The position numbers were made by a program, and so were the translations under genes. Below are positions 23,237 through 36,399 of a DNA stretch of 64,000 bases, in pieces; the stretch's first letter is position 1; each line of letters opens with the position of its first letter. Under the pieces are notes generated by a model, which saw only the letters and a program-made list of their open reading frames with translations, was not told the origin of the DNA and searched no databases. This DNA is from Kudoa neothunni (taxonomy: Eukaryota; Animalia; Cnidaria): the NCBI GenBank assembly GCA_964304625.1, contig OZ199840.1:5631200-5695199 (forward strand), read 5' to 3'.

Positions 23237-25170
23237 ATGGAAAGCACTCCACCATCCACCCCGCAAAGAGGTAATAAGATACACAATAAGATTTTGCGTC
23301 AAAAACCATCATACCAATATATTTAATTTGTTGGAATTGGATAATTCATGGAATAATAATAAAAATAATAATAGTGGCTGGGTAAAGCCGCATCTGCTTT
23401 TACTATTGTTATTACTAGTAGAATTGTTCAATAATTTTAGGTGAGAAGAGAAATAGCAATGGGATCAACCAACTCGGGGGAATGTTCGTGAATGGTAGAC
23501 CACTACCTACGACTACTAGAATAGAAATAGTTCAAATGGCTTTGAATGGTGTTCGTGCTTGTGATATTTCGAGAAAGTTGCGAGTCTCACATGGATGTGT
23601 TTCGAAAATCCTAGACAAATACTACGAGACTGGCTCGATTCTGCCAGGTCTTATAGGTGGTAGTAAACCAAAGGTAATCGCATAATCGCATGAATGATTG
23701 GTTCACTTTACACCCAACCAACTATGCTAGATTTGTTACGCAAACACACACACACACACACACTTACTTTCTTACTTACTTACTTACTTACTTATTTGCT
23801 TATTTGCTTTTACATAGGTGGCCACAGATGGAGTTGTCAAAAAAATTCTTCATTACAAGTGCGAAATGCCTACCATATTTGCGTGGGAAATCCGAGAAAG
23901 ATTGCTCAAGGAGAAAATCTGTTCCAAGGACAATGTGCCAAGTATCAGCTCAATCAACCGAATTGTGAGAACAAGACTATCTCGAATCAAAAATGATAGC
24001 AAGTCAGGCGGCAGCGGAAATAATAATTTCGGATGCTCAATCGTCCCCAACCAGCACCACCCCTCTAAATTGTACCCCGCACAGTTAATGCCTGATAACG
24101 AATTTTTCACTAACCAACAACTTCTCAATAATATATGTGTCAGCGGATTTAATTCCAACAACGGAGACACTTTTAGTCAACCTTATCAAGGTAGCTGTTA
24201 TAATTACATCCACATGAACAACGATCCAATGTACATAAACATGGCCGCTGGGCACCCGTTGCCACCCACCCAACAGTCAACATTATCTTTCTATCACCCC
24301 ACCCCATCGGCAACCATCCAAATGGATTCCAATAAACAAACATTTGAATCTAACAAGTTTGTGTGCTGTTTTCGGTATTTCTTGTCTATTTTGAATTTAG
24401 TTTTAATGCCCAACAATTTCCACCCATGAATAGAAGCCGTTTTGTTGTCCAAAATAACTTCGATCCCAATCAAAATCACGTAAACTTATTCTATTTTTAA
24501 TAGCTTTATGTAACGGAATGTATAATAAATACCTACCAACGAATATAGTTAAACCCATATGGAGATGGATGTCGAAATGGTGACAATGCTATTGGCAATA
24601 ATAAAAAATCTCAAAACAACACATTCAACGATAATAGTTTTATTCAATTAATATTCCAGATAACAATAGTATTATTTAGTGAAGTTTTTGCCATTTTAAG
24701 CATGTAATTATTTAGATTACTCTGGTGGAGCTGTTACGAACAGTTTCCCCTACGATAACAGAAATTATTTTTATTGTAACGATGACAGGTCTACAAATAG
24801 AACCGATTTCAATAATATCAACCCACCTCAAATAATCCCTTTTCCCATATATGAGACCATGAACAATCAAAACCTCCGTAATCGCATATAAATTATGTTA
24901 ACCCTTCTACATAATACCTATTTAGAACTACCAAGCAACATCAACTACAATACAATAAACAACTTTAGCGGTTCTTATAGTTTGTCAGGTATTATCTCTT
25001 ATTTAAAAAATACTGGAAGATCTGTTATTTTCCTTTTAGATATCTCGTTGAATCAATCCACGGTTGCTAGTGAAAATGATATCCATCCGATTTCTAACCA
25101 AAATCGATCGTCTTTTCCTGTGTTCAACACCGATTCATTGGCCATCAAACACGATCATTCGTCTCTCTAG
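23237..25170 (+). CDS. Paired-box transcription factor with no homeodomain detected (cnidarian PaxA/poxn-like or Pax2/5/8/B-derived)
   Basis: Exon 23237-23270 ([11 protein letters not shown]), exon 23441-23673 ([16 protein letters not shown]...[34 protein letters not shown]), exon from 23818 (VAT...[13 protein letters not shown]...[12 protein letters not shown]). Followed by N/Q/P/S-rich exons whose 3' boundaries are approximate. Confidence 0.9.
23744..23806. repeat. (CA)n plus (CTTA)n compound microsatellite in the Pax intron
   Basis: acacacacacacacacacac ttactttcttacttacttacttacttactta. Confidence 0.9.
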
Positions 25171-27919
25171 CACATCAGTAGGATGGGATGTGACTTTTAT
25201 TAACTGATATGTGGTTTCACGCAACTATTGCTTTACTATATTTTGCACACATTTTCATTGACTCTATTTTAATTTCTTTAACTCTGGCGTATATTAAATT
25301 CCTTAATTGGCTTTATGATATCCAAATATTATATCTAGGGTAGAAAAAGATTTAAAGTTATATTATTTATATTTAATCCTAAAATACATGAGAAATGAAG
25401 TTACATGAATACTAAGAGATGATTACTTTTGTCATTTCATATTGTTATATGAGACAATTAAAATAAAAATATTAAAAGCAGATAATTCATTGAAAGACAT
25501 TATTTCGTTTACCTATAGAAATTAAACATAAAAAACTTTTATAATAATATTAGGTATAAGTATTTCATTGAATGCACGATGATAAAATATATATAGTCTA
25601 AGATCGATCCTCTTATAATAAAGTATGAAATATAAAAAAAATTATAAAGAATATTTTAGGTATCTGTTAACTTTTTAAGTAGCAAGATTACCATTATTTA
25701 GTTTTAATTGTTGATTATAGTTAAGAAGTCAATTCGTACTATGAGGAAAAATTGCTCTGTCAATAATTATTCCAATGTTTATTAAAGATTCTTCATTAAA
25801 TTTAATGTTATTTTACGTCTGACAAATCTTCCAAAGCCAAAATTAGACAAAATTCTAAATAAAGGTTTTCGATATTGGTAATAAATTACATGTTTATTTA
25901 ATTCCTTTGAATTATATTTAAGAAAAATTTAAGAAAAGATGCACAATTTTATGTATTATACTTTTGTAGAAAATAAAAAAGTGGAAGGTATTATATTGTA
26001 GTTTTACTTAAATTAATTACATTACGGATTTAATAATTTGTTTGTCATTACACACACTGCATTTATTAATGATGGATCAACAACTTTCGCAGGTAAAATT
26101 TATGCACTTTGAGCATGCCATTTTACTTTTTTCTGCGAATATTTTGAAAAAATATAACAAAAAAATCGTTCTTAATAATGCTCTATTCTCTTAGTCCTAT
26201 AAGCTATTCGATGCGTAATGCTACTAATAGCTTATTTTGAAATAAGCGTATCTTTCGCTACATATATAATTAATCAACTTATTACTCATGTTATTCCTGC
26301 AAAATATTTATAATATAGGATAATACTTGAAATTTAAAAAATATATTGAATATATATTTTTTATTAGAAGACTATTTTCCGAAGGTTATGAAATTAATTA
26401 CACCCTAATACACTCATATTGTATCGATTTTTGGAACTTTAGAAAGTTGGCTAAATATTTTCTAATTTCTTCTATTTCTAGGGACGAGTAAATCACGGGA
26501 CATGTTTAATTACTTAAAATCAACAAACTAATGTAAATAATATTAAAATTATTGAATTTAAAATTATAATGATAATAACCTAATCAATTGGTTATTTCGG
26601 TAATTTCTTATACTTAGTGTGATATTAAAAATAAATTAATTAGACTTAAGAAATCGTTAATTTTTAATTCATCACACAATGAGAATATGAGAAGTAAAAG
26701 AATATTCATTACAATCCTATTTTGTTGTGATAAGGGGATTTTACTGAAAAAATATTAATTTTGTTCATAAAAAGACTAATTAACGAAGTTATAACATTGT
26801 TAAAATAGAACACAGATATTTTTACCAAGTCAAATAATCGATTCCATTTATAAATGATTATAAAAAATGCACCTTCTCTAAAATTTCCAATTCAATTCCA
26901 AGTATTGTTGGTAGTTTTCGTAAATATTCATACAATTATACTTCGTAGCCAAGGTCACCTTTTTGCTTAAATAAAATAATAATGCATAAATTTGATTAAT
27001 ACTTTATTTAGAAGTGCACACAAAACATCCTGGAACTATTATGAGCATAAGCAAACAGGGTGTGCTTGAAAAATCGCTATCATTTATCTTTATAAATTAA
27101 AAATAAATGTATCAGCTGAGGTAAGGACTATTTATTTAGAATAGAAAATTATATAATTGATCAAATAAAATTATTGACTAAAGAATATTTGTAATAACTA
27201 CAAGCGGGTCAGAAAATGACCAAAAAATAATCGCTGGTTTAACATAAATAAATAAAATCCTCACCTCTATAATGTGTCTGAAAATATCGCATTGAATAAA
27301 TAATACATTGACGACATTAAAACTTTGTTTTTTCATTTCAAATGTCATAATTAAATTAATCTAATTTGTAGAGAAATAATATTTATTTTCATTTCGTCTA
27401 AAATGTTGAACATTGCACAAAGTTTTTAGCTGTTGACGTGGAAAAAATATAACAACAAATTAGATCGAAAAAAAATATCGGCATTCTGAGAATTTTGTTT
27501 TTTCTGTATTTATATACATTTATCTCGTGTTCTACATTAGAAAATCGAAATCAATGACAATTTTTCTAACTTACTGTGATTAATGACCTCATTTAACTCA
27601 ACCGTCAAAATTTATCTACAAGTAAATCCTCAATGGAAAAGTCTACGTAGAAGGTTCAACTATAATCTAAACAGTGTACTGCGATTAATAAGTATTTTCA
27701 AATTTCATAAAATACAAATTAGCACTTCGTAGTATGCATCATGGCAAGTTTCCATGTGAACATTAATTTAATATTATACAATCTAAATAGAAAATAGCAA
27801 GGGAGCCCATTCAAACAATATATGAATATTAGGAGACTTTCACGCATTTTTCTCAATAGACGCAAATCACTAGTGTGATATATATATTTAGAGTGCGTCT
27901 TTCGATTATAACCCCAAGC

Positions 27920-28493
27920 ATGATGTTGAAAATATGCATTCTAGTACTAGCATTCTCATTTTATAATATCGAGTCCAATATAGGTAAATAAGTAGAATCT
28001 ATCAAATATCACTCTATCGAATATAAATTTAGGTATGTGTGGAGCCCATTGTCCAATGATATGTGCACCGCTATGTGCACCAGAATGCTGCGAAAATCCA
28101 ACCAATAATGATACATCTGAAAATACCAAAGGACCCCCTGGTTCACCTGGATCAATGGGTTTGATGGGACCTGCGGGGCCGGCAGGACCTCCTGGCCCAC
28201 CTGGACCTCCAGGACCGCCAGGGCCTGTTGGAAGTCCGGGTAATGTTGGTCCAATCGGTCCAGTTGGCCCGATGGGTCCAATTGGTCCCTCGGGTCAACC
28301 AGGCTCTCAAGGTCCTCCAGGATCTCCAGGAGCTGCTGGAGCTGCTGGAACAGCAGGCACTTCGGGAAGCAATGGTGGCTCAACTTCTGGCGGTTCAACG
28401 ACAGGAACAAACAAATATTGTCCTCCAGGATGTACGCCCGGTTTGTACACTCTGTCTGCTTGCCCCAGCTTTTGCCCTATGCAATGCTGCTGA
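27920..28493 (+). CDS. Minicollagen (nematocyst/polar capsule wall protein)
   Basis: Signal-peptide exon 27920-27983 ([21 protein letters not shown]) and a 49-nt intron (27984-28032). N-terminal [21 protein letters not shown], 28 consecutive Gly-X-Y triplets, C-terminal CRD CPPGC...[10 protein letters not shown]. Confidence 0.93.
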
Positions 28494-29602
28494 TAAATCA
28501 CAACATCATAGAATAATGCAAATTTTAGTATTAGATTAAATGCCTATTTTCGTGTTCAAATATTGAGTTCTTTTGCTGACTTGAGATATTGAATAGATTA
28601 TATATAAGAGAAAATTTAAAAAGTTATGAAAATTTATTCTCGCTATTCATTGGGAGAAGGCATTACCCTCCAAAAAGAATCAATGACAACCATCGTAATC
28701 TAAAAAACCTTAAATCTACACTCTCAGTTTACACCAGGTTAGAATTAAAATTAACTGTGAAAGGAATTATCCAATTAACAATTGTTTTAACGAAAATACT
28801 ATTTATTAGAATTTTCCTATCGTCTCATCATTATTGTTACATATAATTCAACTATAAAAAATTGAACCTCATCCAAAGAAAAGTGAGCTGTATAGAAATA
28901 TTGCAGGATTTATTATTCTTTGTACGAATATTTTTACTATAAATATAACTAAAATTAAACATACTATTCAATTGAATTATTATGTTTAAAGAACTTATTT
29001 CTTATATTATTATAGTATAACATTTTGTAGACGATTTCGATTATTTTCATATCGTAAACTTCATAACTTAATTATTTTTATATTTTTTCTAAACTTTATT
29101 ACTTACTTTAGTTTATAAATTTTTTCCAATAAACTCTAGATATATTTAATTATTAACACAAATATTTTAATCTAATTTTTCTAAAACCTATTTTATAAAG
29201 AATTTCAATCTCATAAATCGAACATTTTAGTTAAAGTAAAAAATCTAACAAAGGTAATAAACTAATTTCAAAAATATTAGTACACATAATATTGAAAAAT
29301 ACAGTTAGAGAGAAAATTTCGTTCTACTTTGTTTTATCAATGATAAATAACAATTATTCCTGTTCGGTTGTTGATCGAGATTTCACAGATACTTGTGTTT
29401 AAGGCGTTTTTTTGAATTCATACTCCTGAAACAATTACGCTGATATGGGATTCGCAAAGATGGAACCCTAGATAACTGGGGGTTCATTGTACATTATTTA
29501 GAGTTTGGATGCAAAGCTCTGTGTAAACATTACGATTAGTTCGGTTAAATTTGCTAACTATTTATAATCTTTGATGTTTTCCCCCCAACACCAAAAGATT
29601 AC

Positions 29603-29787
29603 TTAACCCTGCTCTAGAATCTTGATTAACCTTCTTAATGACTTCAAACGACGGCAGATGTATTATGGCGGGTCCCAAATCTTTAGACTGTGGAATCGTT
29701 AGGTCGCAACTTCAAGCCCGGTTCTAGACAGATAATTGCTTCTGTATCTCTATTTCGTAATGGAAATTGTGGCCATTTATAAAATAA

Positions 29788-29821
<34 letters not shown>

Positions 29822-30027
29822 TTAACCAACAAGTACAATTTGGTCCAATTATAAAATAGAATCTTTGGAGTTGTACTAGGCAATAAAAATTAGAACGCTC
29901 CAGAAAACCAAACCTCTTAATTTTTGAAAGGATTCGGTTTGGCCTAGTGGTCATCTGGTTAAGATAATGATTAGTATGTTAAATACGCCCGCTGTCATAG
30001 GTCAGAGAAAAATAGAGCAGGGGTTAA
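29603..30027. repeat. Pair of short inverted DNA-transposon-like termini with an internal (TA)n tract
   Basis: TTAACCCTGCTCTAG at 29603 and TAGAGCAGGGGTTAA ending at 30027. Either one piggyBac-type MITE or two outward-facing hAT ends; (TA)n at ~29791-29819. Confidence 0.45.
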
Positions 30028-30190
30028 ACGCAACTGAATCGTAGCTTATAATTCAGCGTTAATTTAGACGAACTTTCAAACAAATGTTCTTTTTTATGAA
30101 CGATTAAGTTATCAAAAATAAAAATTCTTGTCGTCAAATAATAATAACAATAATAATATGAAAGCTAAACAAGATAGGTGGCAGTAAATG

Positions 30191-31194
30191 CTATCGTTGT
30201 TTGTTTTCCTTCTCCAGCTGAACCATACGGCGAATATCATTCTCACCCCAATCATATGACCTTGTTATGCCAAGCGATTGCATTATTTCTTCATGAGGAA
30301 ATTTTAACGAGGGTACGTAACTATTCGAAAGGGCGTCACTTGGAAGAGTGTCGTGTGTTCCAGCTTCCAAAGACAAATAAAAACACATCTCCATAGGAAC
30401 TGCTTACTTTTAGTCATAAAACAATTGTAAAATCTCTTCCCAAGACGGTTGTTATAAGGTTTTGGAATGATTGTACCACTTAGCTTGGAAACTCGTATCA
30501 TTTCTCCATTTTCATCTTTTTCCATAGTTATCCTGGTAGGAATTCTAGATATCCCACAATTCAAAGACTTGAAAAAACCAAAGAGAGTACCTAGCAACTG
30601 GATCAATTAGAAGAAACATTCGAGGATCATAAAACGTTTCGTGAGCTCGATAGACTGTTTCATCGTCGACGGTGGTACTCAAAAAAGTCTAGATTTGAGT
30701 GCAATTATCAGCACTTGGATACACTCACAAATATTATACATTATCCGAATCGAACACTGAAACTGACACGTTTGCTCGATTGCAATAAACAGTTCGAATC
30801 ACATATTCTTTATTGGGAATTATTCCTTTAATTTTATCAATATTTCTCCATTTGGGATCGATCATCACCTAACAACAAATTCATAATAAAAATTAGTTTC
30901 AATTATCTAAGTTTATTTAAAGAAAATTTATCAACTTATATCACTGATTTGTCCACATACTTTATCGCCTACATACAAATATTTCAATATATTGAATCTT
31001 TTTCTAACTTCCAGCATCGATTGGACGGGCTCAGCTGGTCTAGGATACTGGTTGTTTTTCATTTTATTAATCGCATCCAGTATTCTCAAAAAGTGATATC
31101 GGTAGACTTTACTCATTTCGTGGGGAAAAACAAAATTTAACCGAAAAACGTGTAAGTTGTGCATGCGCGGAGTCGCCATTATTTTTTGTTGCAT
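30191..31194 (-). CDS. MRPL24: Mitochondrial ribosomal protein uL24m, multi-exon, one apparent 1-bp frameshift near 30810
   Basis: LYVGDKV (KOW-like), LIDP...PTRI...GEMIRVSKLSGTIIPKP and C-terminal GTHDT...ALSNSYVPSLK..EEIMQSLGI, matching the MRPL24 pattern. Confidence 0.8.
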
Positions 31195-31389
31195 GATAAA
31201 ATTCCAACATTGAGGTCGATTCTCTTACACCACATCATTAACTATTTTATTTTATTCAAAAATTGTAATATATTTAGACATTATTTATTAAATAACATTC
31301 AAATTTAAAAGTCGGTTGGTATCGACATATTTCGCCATATAAGTATTAAAACGTTTTTTTAAGATTGTAGGTTGTATAGAAAAAAATTA

Positions 31390-32657
31390 ATGAGCACGAG
31401 TAGAATTTTAAGGAGTTTGAAAAATTTGAAAAACACTTATACTTTGAATTTGCTCAATAATAGACGGATAGGAATATCGTGTGGAGCAGTGTTTTACACA
31501 ACTATGTTGGGATTTTCATCAAGAGAAATAACAAAATTTATTTTATGTGATACGGAACCTATTCCATCAAATGTGAGCATACTAAGAAGTGTAAGTAATT
31601 GAAAATCCATGTATAGAGTGATAAGGAAGAATTTTCATTGAAAAAACTACTGGCAAAATGTTAACAAATTCATCCCTAAATGGATTAAAAAATTTGAAAG
31701 TATCAAATTTATTGAAAGGCACGCCCAAAGTCTACTGAATGCTTTCCATATGGCTGATCTTCCCGGCGTACTTTCCATACCGCTGTTATTGATCTGCACT
31801 TCTTTGATCGATCTTTGCAGTTGGTACGTGTGTATGACGCCTCGTTTTAGATTTTTCAATTACTTAAGATGTGACACATATAGATTGTCACTATAAATCC
31901 GCACAACATATGGCTGTTGTTCGCGATCAATTTGTAAAAGATTACTATAAGGGCAAGATTCCTAAAAGCTCGCCGTTTGACCCTAAAAATTTTTGGATAC
32001 GATTCAACAAAGATGTCATTTCATGTCGAATTATTGTAATTATGTCGTCTTCAGAATAAATCCAAATTATATGATTATTTGCCTATTGACTGTAGTTGAT
32101 GGCATTGATTCTATGCCAAGTGTATTTGATGAGTATGTCACTAATGATATTATCATTGGGAGAAGATCGAGTGATCAAAAATCCATATGATGAGGAAGAA
32201 ATGGAAGCTTCGAAGAATGGCTTGAAAGAGAAGCGACCCTCCCAAATATTATGGAGTATCAACAATTCCGATGATTACACTTGTGTGGCTGTTGCAGTTA
32301 TTTTCTCATTGCCAGCTGTAATCTGGTATTTACTGCTGTGGTTTGGAACTTTTATCTTTAGCTAATCAAAAGAGATCCTCGAAGCGTTATCATATTCCCT
32401 ATGGCATATGCGATTGCGTTGATTGGCAACCAAATTCCAATTGGTTACAGTTTGATAGGTCTCGCTTGGATGGCTAGTGTGTATATAAATATGAAATTTG
32501 CGAATGTTTTTTGGTTGTCTCGTGTACTCAACAAGGAACAACTTTCTAATCTTGAAAGATTATATCGAGGTGATTTAATCAATAGTAAAAACAACTTTTG
32601 ATTAATTTTTTAGGTCATTACGAACGTATTGCGAATATTCATCGACTCAAAAAATAA
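31390..32657 (+). CDS. Mitochondrial inner-membrane protein, probably a divergent Oxa1/Cox18 (YidC family) insertase
   Basis: R/K/S/L-rich presequence-like N-terminus. AQSLLNAFHMADLPGVLSIPLLLICT resembles the Oxa1/Cox18 'LL..H...LPWW.SI' segment; further hydrophobic segments follow (VAVAVIFSLPAVIW, IALIGNQIPIGYSLIGLAW). Short introns. Confidence 0.45.
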
Positions 32658-32811
32658 CTCATTTTATCAAATTGTAGAAACTAATATATTTTTATGTTTA
32701 ATTCTAATTTTTTTATTTTCGTATTTTTTTAATTTAAAGGAGCATTGAGAATACTCCCAGTGCAGGCAGTAAATCTCGAAAATAGTAATAGCAGTATAGT
32801 TGAGAGAAGCA

Positions 32812-34423
32812 TTAGAGGCTGGCGAGATAAGATTCCAACAAATCCATGGTCTCTTTGCTTTTCAGAATATTTTTATGACCCACTTGATGTATTACTTCTA
32901 CTTTGGTGGGGTAGTTGGTGATTTTTTTCGCAATTTCTACGCATGATTTCAACTCCGCCTTAGTAAGTGTACCATCCCCGTCACCATACTCTATATCGTC
33001 TTCAACCAATGAATAGTCCTCAGTTATCGATACTTTATTGACGGTTGTTTTCCCCAAACTGTAAATACAGAAAAATGGAACATTCACCGGTTTGTCAAAC
33101 CAGATATCTCTTATGTTCATTTGTCTGATCTTCTCATCAGCAAATCCAATAACTTTTTTCTGAATTTCAGTGATATTTCTAATGGTGTAAACTTTGTCCT
33201 TCATTTCGGCTAATACCTAAGTAATAAAGGTAGAAATAAAGGTAGAAATAAAGGTAGAAATAAAAGTAGAAATAAAAGTAGAAATAAAAGTAGAAATAAA
33301 AGTGGTAGTTGAAATGCATATTATTTGAATGAATGTAAATATTTAGTCACTCTATCGGGTCCAAAGTATGATTTGCTCGGCAAAAGGTAATATAATGATG
33401 GAAATGTCCCCAGAAGTTCGGCAATATTCTTTAAACCAACAAATATCTTAGCTGGTGCCAAACTGGAGTAACCGAATGTTCTTGAAATAAATGCCTGAAT
33501 TGAACCTGCTAATGCACCATTCAGCGATATCCAACTTGCGATATGGGTGTCTTTCCAGCTTTGATCTTGCTCGGTCAGAAACCAATGCATCAATGAACTG
33601 CCCATGCTATGTGAGACAAGCACAACCTTTTTGTTGTTTTTCTTGTAGGCTTCCTCAATAAGGTTTTTAAGCATACGGAAAAAATAACGTCTGTAGTTTG
33701 TAGCTAGAATCAGGTGATTAGTTTGGTTTCAGAATAAATAGCAATGTTTTACTTGGCAGTTTTCTAAAATCATAAGGAGCTCCAAATAGATCCTTCATAT
33801 TTTCGTAACCCTTCTCTTTTAGAAAATCAATGATCTTGTTGAAATATCCCAAAATATCAAAGTGTGTCTCGTCAAGTGAATAAACTGTCTTTGTGTGGCC
33901 AAAAAATGCGGATGAAATGTATGCACCAGTGTTGTCTTCCATTTGTTTGCTGGTAACGTTATAATCTAGTCTATTTCGATTAACATACACATGAAAAAGA
34001 TACAACAACAAAATATGTATTTCCTTGAAAAATTACTTAAACCAATGGAAAAAACAATCTTTGGGAATCAAATCTTTAAAACGAACCCATATCAAATGGA
34101 GATTTGTACGATCTGGGCAGTGAGATGGCACCCAAGGTCCTGGTCCAAGTTTTCCATAAAGTCGACTTCCAAACAATCCCGGTACTAACAAAAATACCAA
34201 AATTATCACATCATATGTAACATTTTGAGATCGAACCTAAAATAATCGGGTTCTTTGTTGGTGATCTTTTGGCGATGTCGGCTCGTCTGTCATTTTCTAC
34301 ACGAACACGTAGATCTACCCCATGGAGGACTATTCAAGGGAGTATTAGAAATGAGAACCAAAAATTCAAATTTTTCGTACTGATAAGAATAAAAATGTAT
34401 TTTATAGTCGATCCTTTCAACAT
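32812..34423 (-). CDS. Secreted LCAT/group XV phospholipase A2 family lipase, multi-exon
   Basis: Signal peptide MLKGSTIKYIFILIILHG; NPIILVPGLFGSRL; LFGAPYDFR; nucleophile motif VVLVSHSMG; GDGDGTL; VGHKNIL. Confidence 0.88.
33223..33303. repeat. 12-bp intronic minisatellite (AAATAAARGTAG, about 6.5 copies)
   Basis: taaaggtagaaa x3 then taaaagtagaaa x3. Confidence 0.9.
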
Positions 34424-36399
34424 TCTTTTTTTAAAAACCAATTATAATCATCACTTCGCATTAAATTTCTCAGCTTCCGTGGTTTGATTATCGATTGCGC
34501 CAATGTATTTCTAATTGCTATGACGAGTTGAATGATTTTTAGTAATCTAACTAACACCCACTACATTGGATTCCAGGGATTTCAATATTGAATGAGTACA
34601 ATAGAGAATGGACGAGATAAGTAACTAATTTGGTTTAAAGGTCATGTAGTCATGTTATACCATAGTGACCTCGAATCTTACCAATATATATATATATAGA
34701 TAAATAGAACGGTTAATTAAAAAGATATTAGTATTTTTTACTTTATCTGATACTAGTGCGAAATGCCCAGCTTTTTCTAGTATCATGAATATTTTGGGTC
34801 GTAAAATAACTCTTAAAACCCATATAAAAAATACGCGTATACTTACAGTTAATTTATAGAGGATTATACTAAAAATATGTTAAAGTATCATCATTTTTAA
34901 AATTGCGATTCACAAAATTAAAATTAAGGTCATTTTAGGAAGATTATTAAAATAGAAAAAATTATACAGCTAGGTGAAAATATAAAATAATTGATTTTTG
35001 TATCTTAAATTGATATCTCTTTATTCGGGATAATGTGTACTACATTTATTACTAAAAACAGCTACGAATACTTTAAATATCAACCTAAATAGTTAAAATC
35101 TGTGGATCCTAACCTTTTTACTCCAATCGAATCCTTCCTTTTATGGTAACTTTTTTGTCATATTTTAAAAAGGCAACTCCATTATGTATACATATAATAA
35201 AAATACATTTTCTTGCATAATGGTTATGATTTCAAATATTTTAAATAATAAGTGTTTATCATTTGTGAACTAATTATTGATGTGTACATATGGAATTAAT
35301 TTTATATTTACATATATTTGAAAATGTTGACATATTATTATAGAATTTTTTTTTATTTATAAAAATTAAACTCTTTATTATATTAATGATGATAATTTTT
35401 AAAATAATTATTTTACAAAAAATAAAATTTTATAACCAATTCGATAATATCGGCAATTAGCTAAAAAAATAATTAATTAATGATGAAAAAATATTTTTAT
35501 ATATGATGAAAGAAATGATGAATACATTAACATTTGAAAATCGTTCATTAAGTGTCCCAATAATTTATAACATATAAGTCCCTTGTCAAAATTTTGCAAC
35601 ACATTAAGTCATAAATAGTTTAAAAACGAACAATCGCTCATTAAGTCCCCTAATGACAATATCACTTCAAAATACTCGTTTAAATTTGAGTAGTATTTCT
35701 CCTAGTTTCTTTTAAATTAAAAAAATTTAATAATTTATTCAGTGGTATTATAAAAATGAATTTTATTTTTAAAGCACTAGTGGTAGACCAATAAGGGTTA
35801 AGTTATATTTTCTGTATCCAAATTAATGGCACAAAACCGTTAAGGCGACTTTTAATAAAACTTTTATTCATGTTTCTCGTGAAAATTACAATAACTACTT
35901 TACATCAATTATTTAATAAATAGATATATCAGATTTTAAGTTATATTTTTTTCGTGTAAACAACTTAATTTTATGCAAATCCTACGTCCAACGTCATATT
36001 TAATAAATATAATTATTATTTAAAAAAAATAAAATTATGAATTTCCAATCGCAAAATTAGGAGTGCCTTTTTTATTATCGCGAATAGGAACAACAATATT
36101 TTCCAAAAAATATTTAAAATTTTATTATATTTTTCATTAATTTTTTTAGAAATTCTAGACTCAACTTGAGTCAATATTATTCTTATGTCGCCTTCACAAT
36201 TATATATCAAGTTGAGGGTTGAGCCTAAGTTGACTTGAATTCCGATCCTCCATTTTTTGTGATAATATGTCGTTGTTTATTGTAACGTTAATATACATAT
36301 TGTTAAATAAAGTTATGGATTTTTAAATATATTATTTAAGATATATAATTGAATAAATCTGAAATTTTTCCAATGCAATTTCGTTATTAATTGTTAAAA

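Noticed and set aside
33223-33303. Repeat array as CRISPR
   Set aside because: Contiguous 12-bp units without spacers, inside a eukaryotic intron, with no cas genes.
35545-35655. Recurrent cattaagtc(c) motifs
   Set aside because: Only about four short degenerate copies; probably subterminal repeats of a decayed transposon, with no definable ends.
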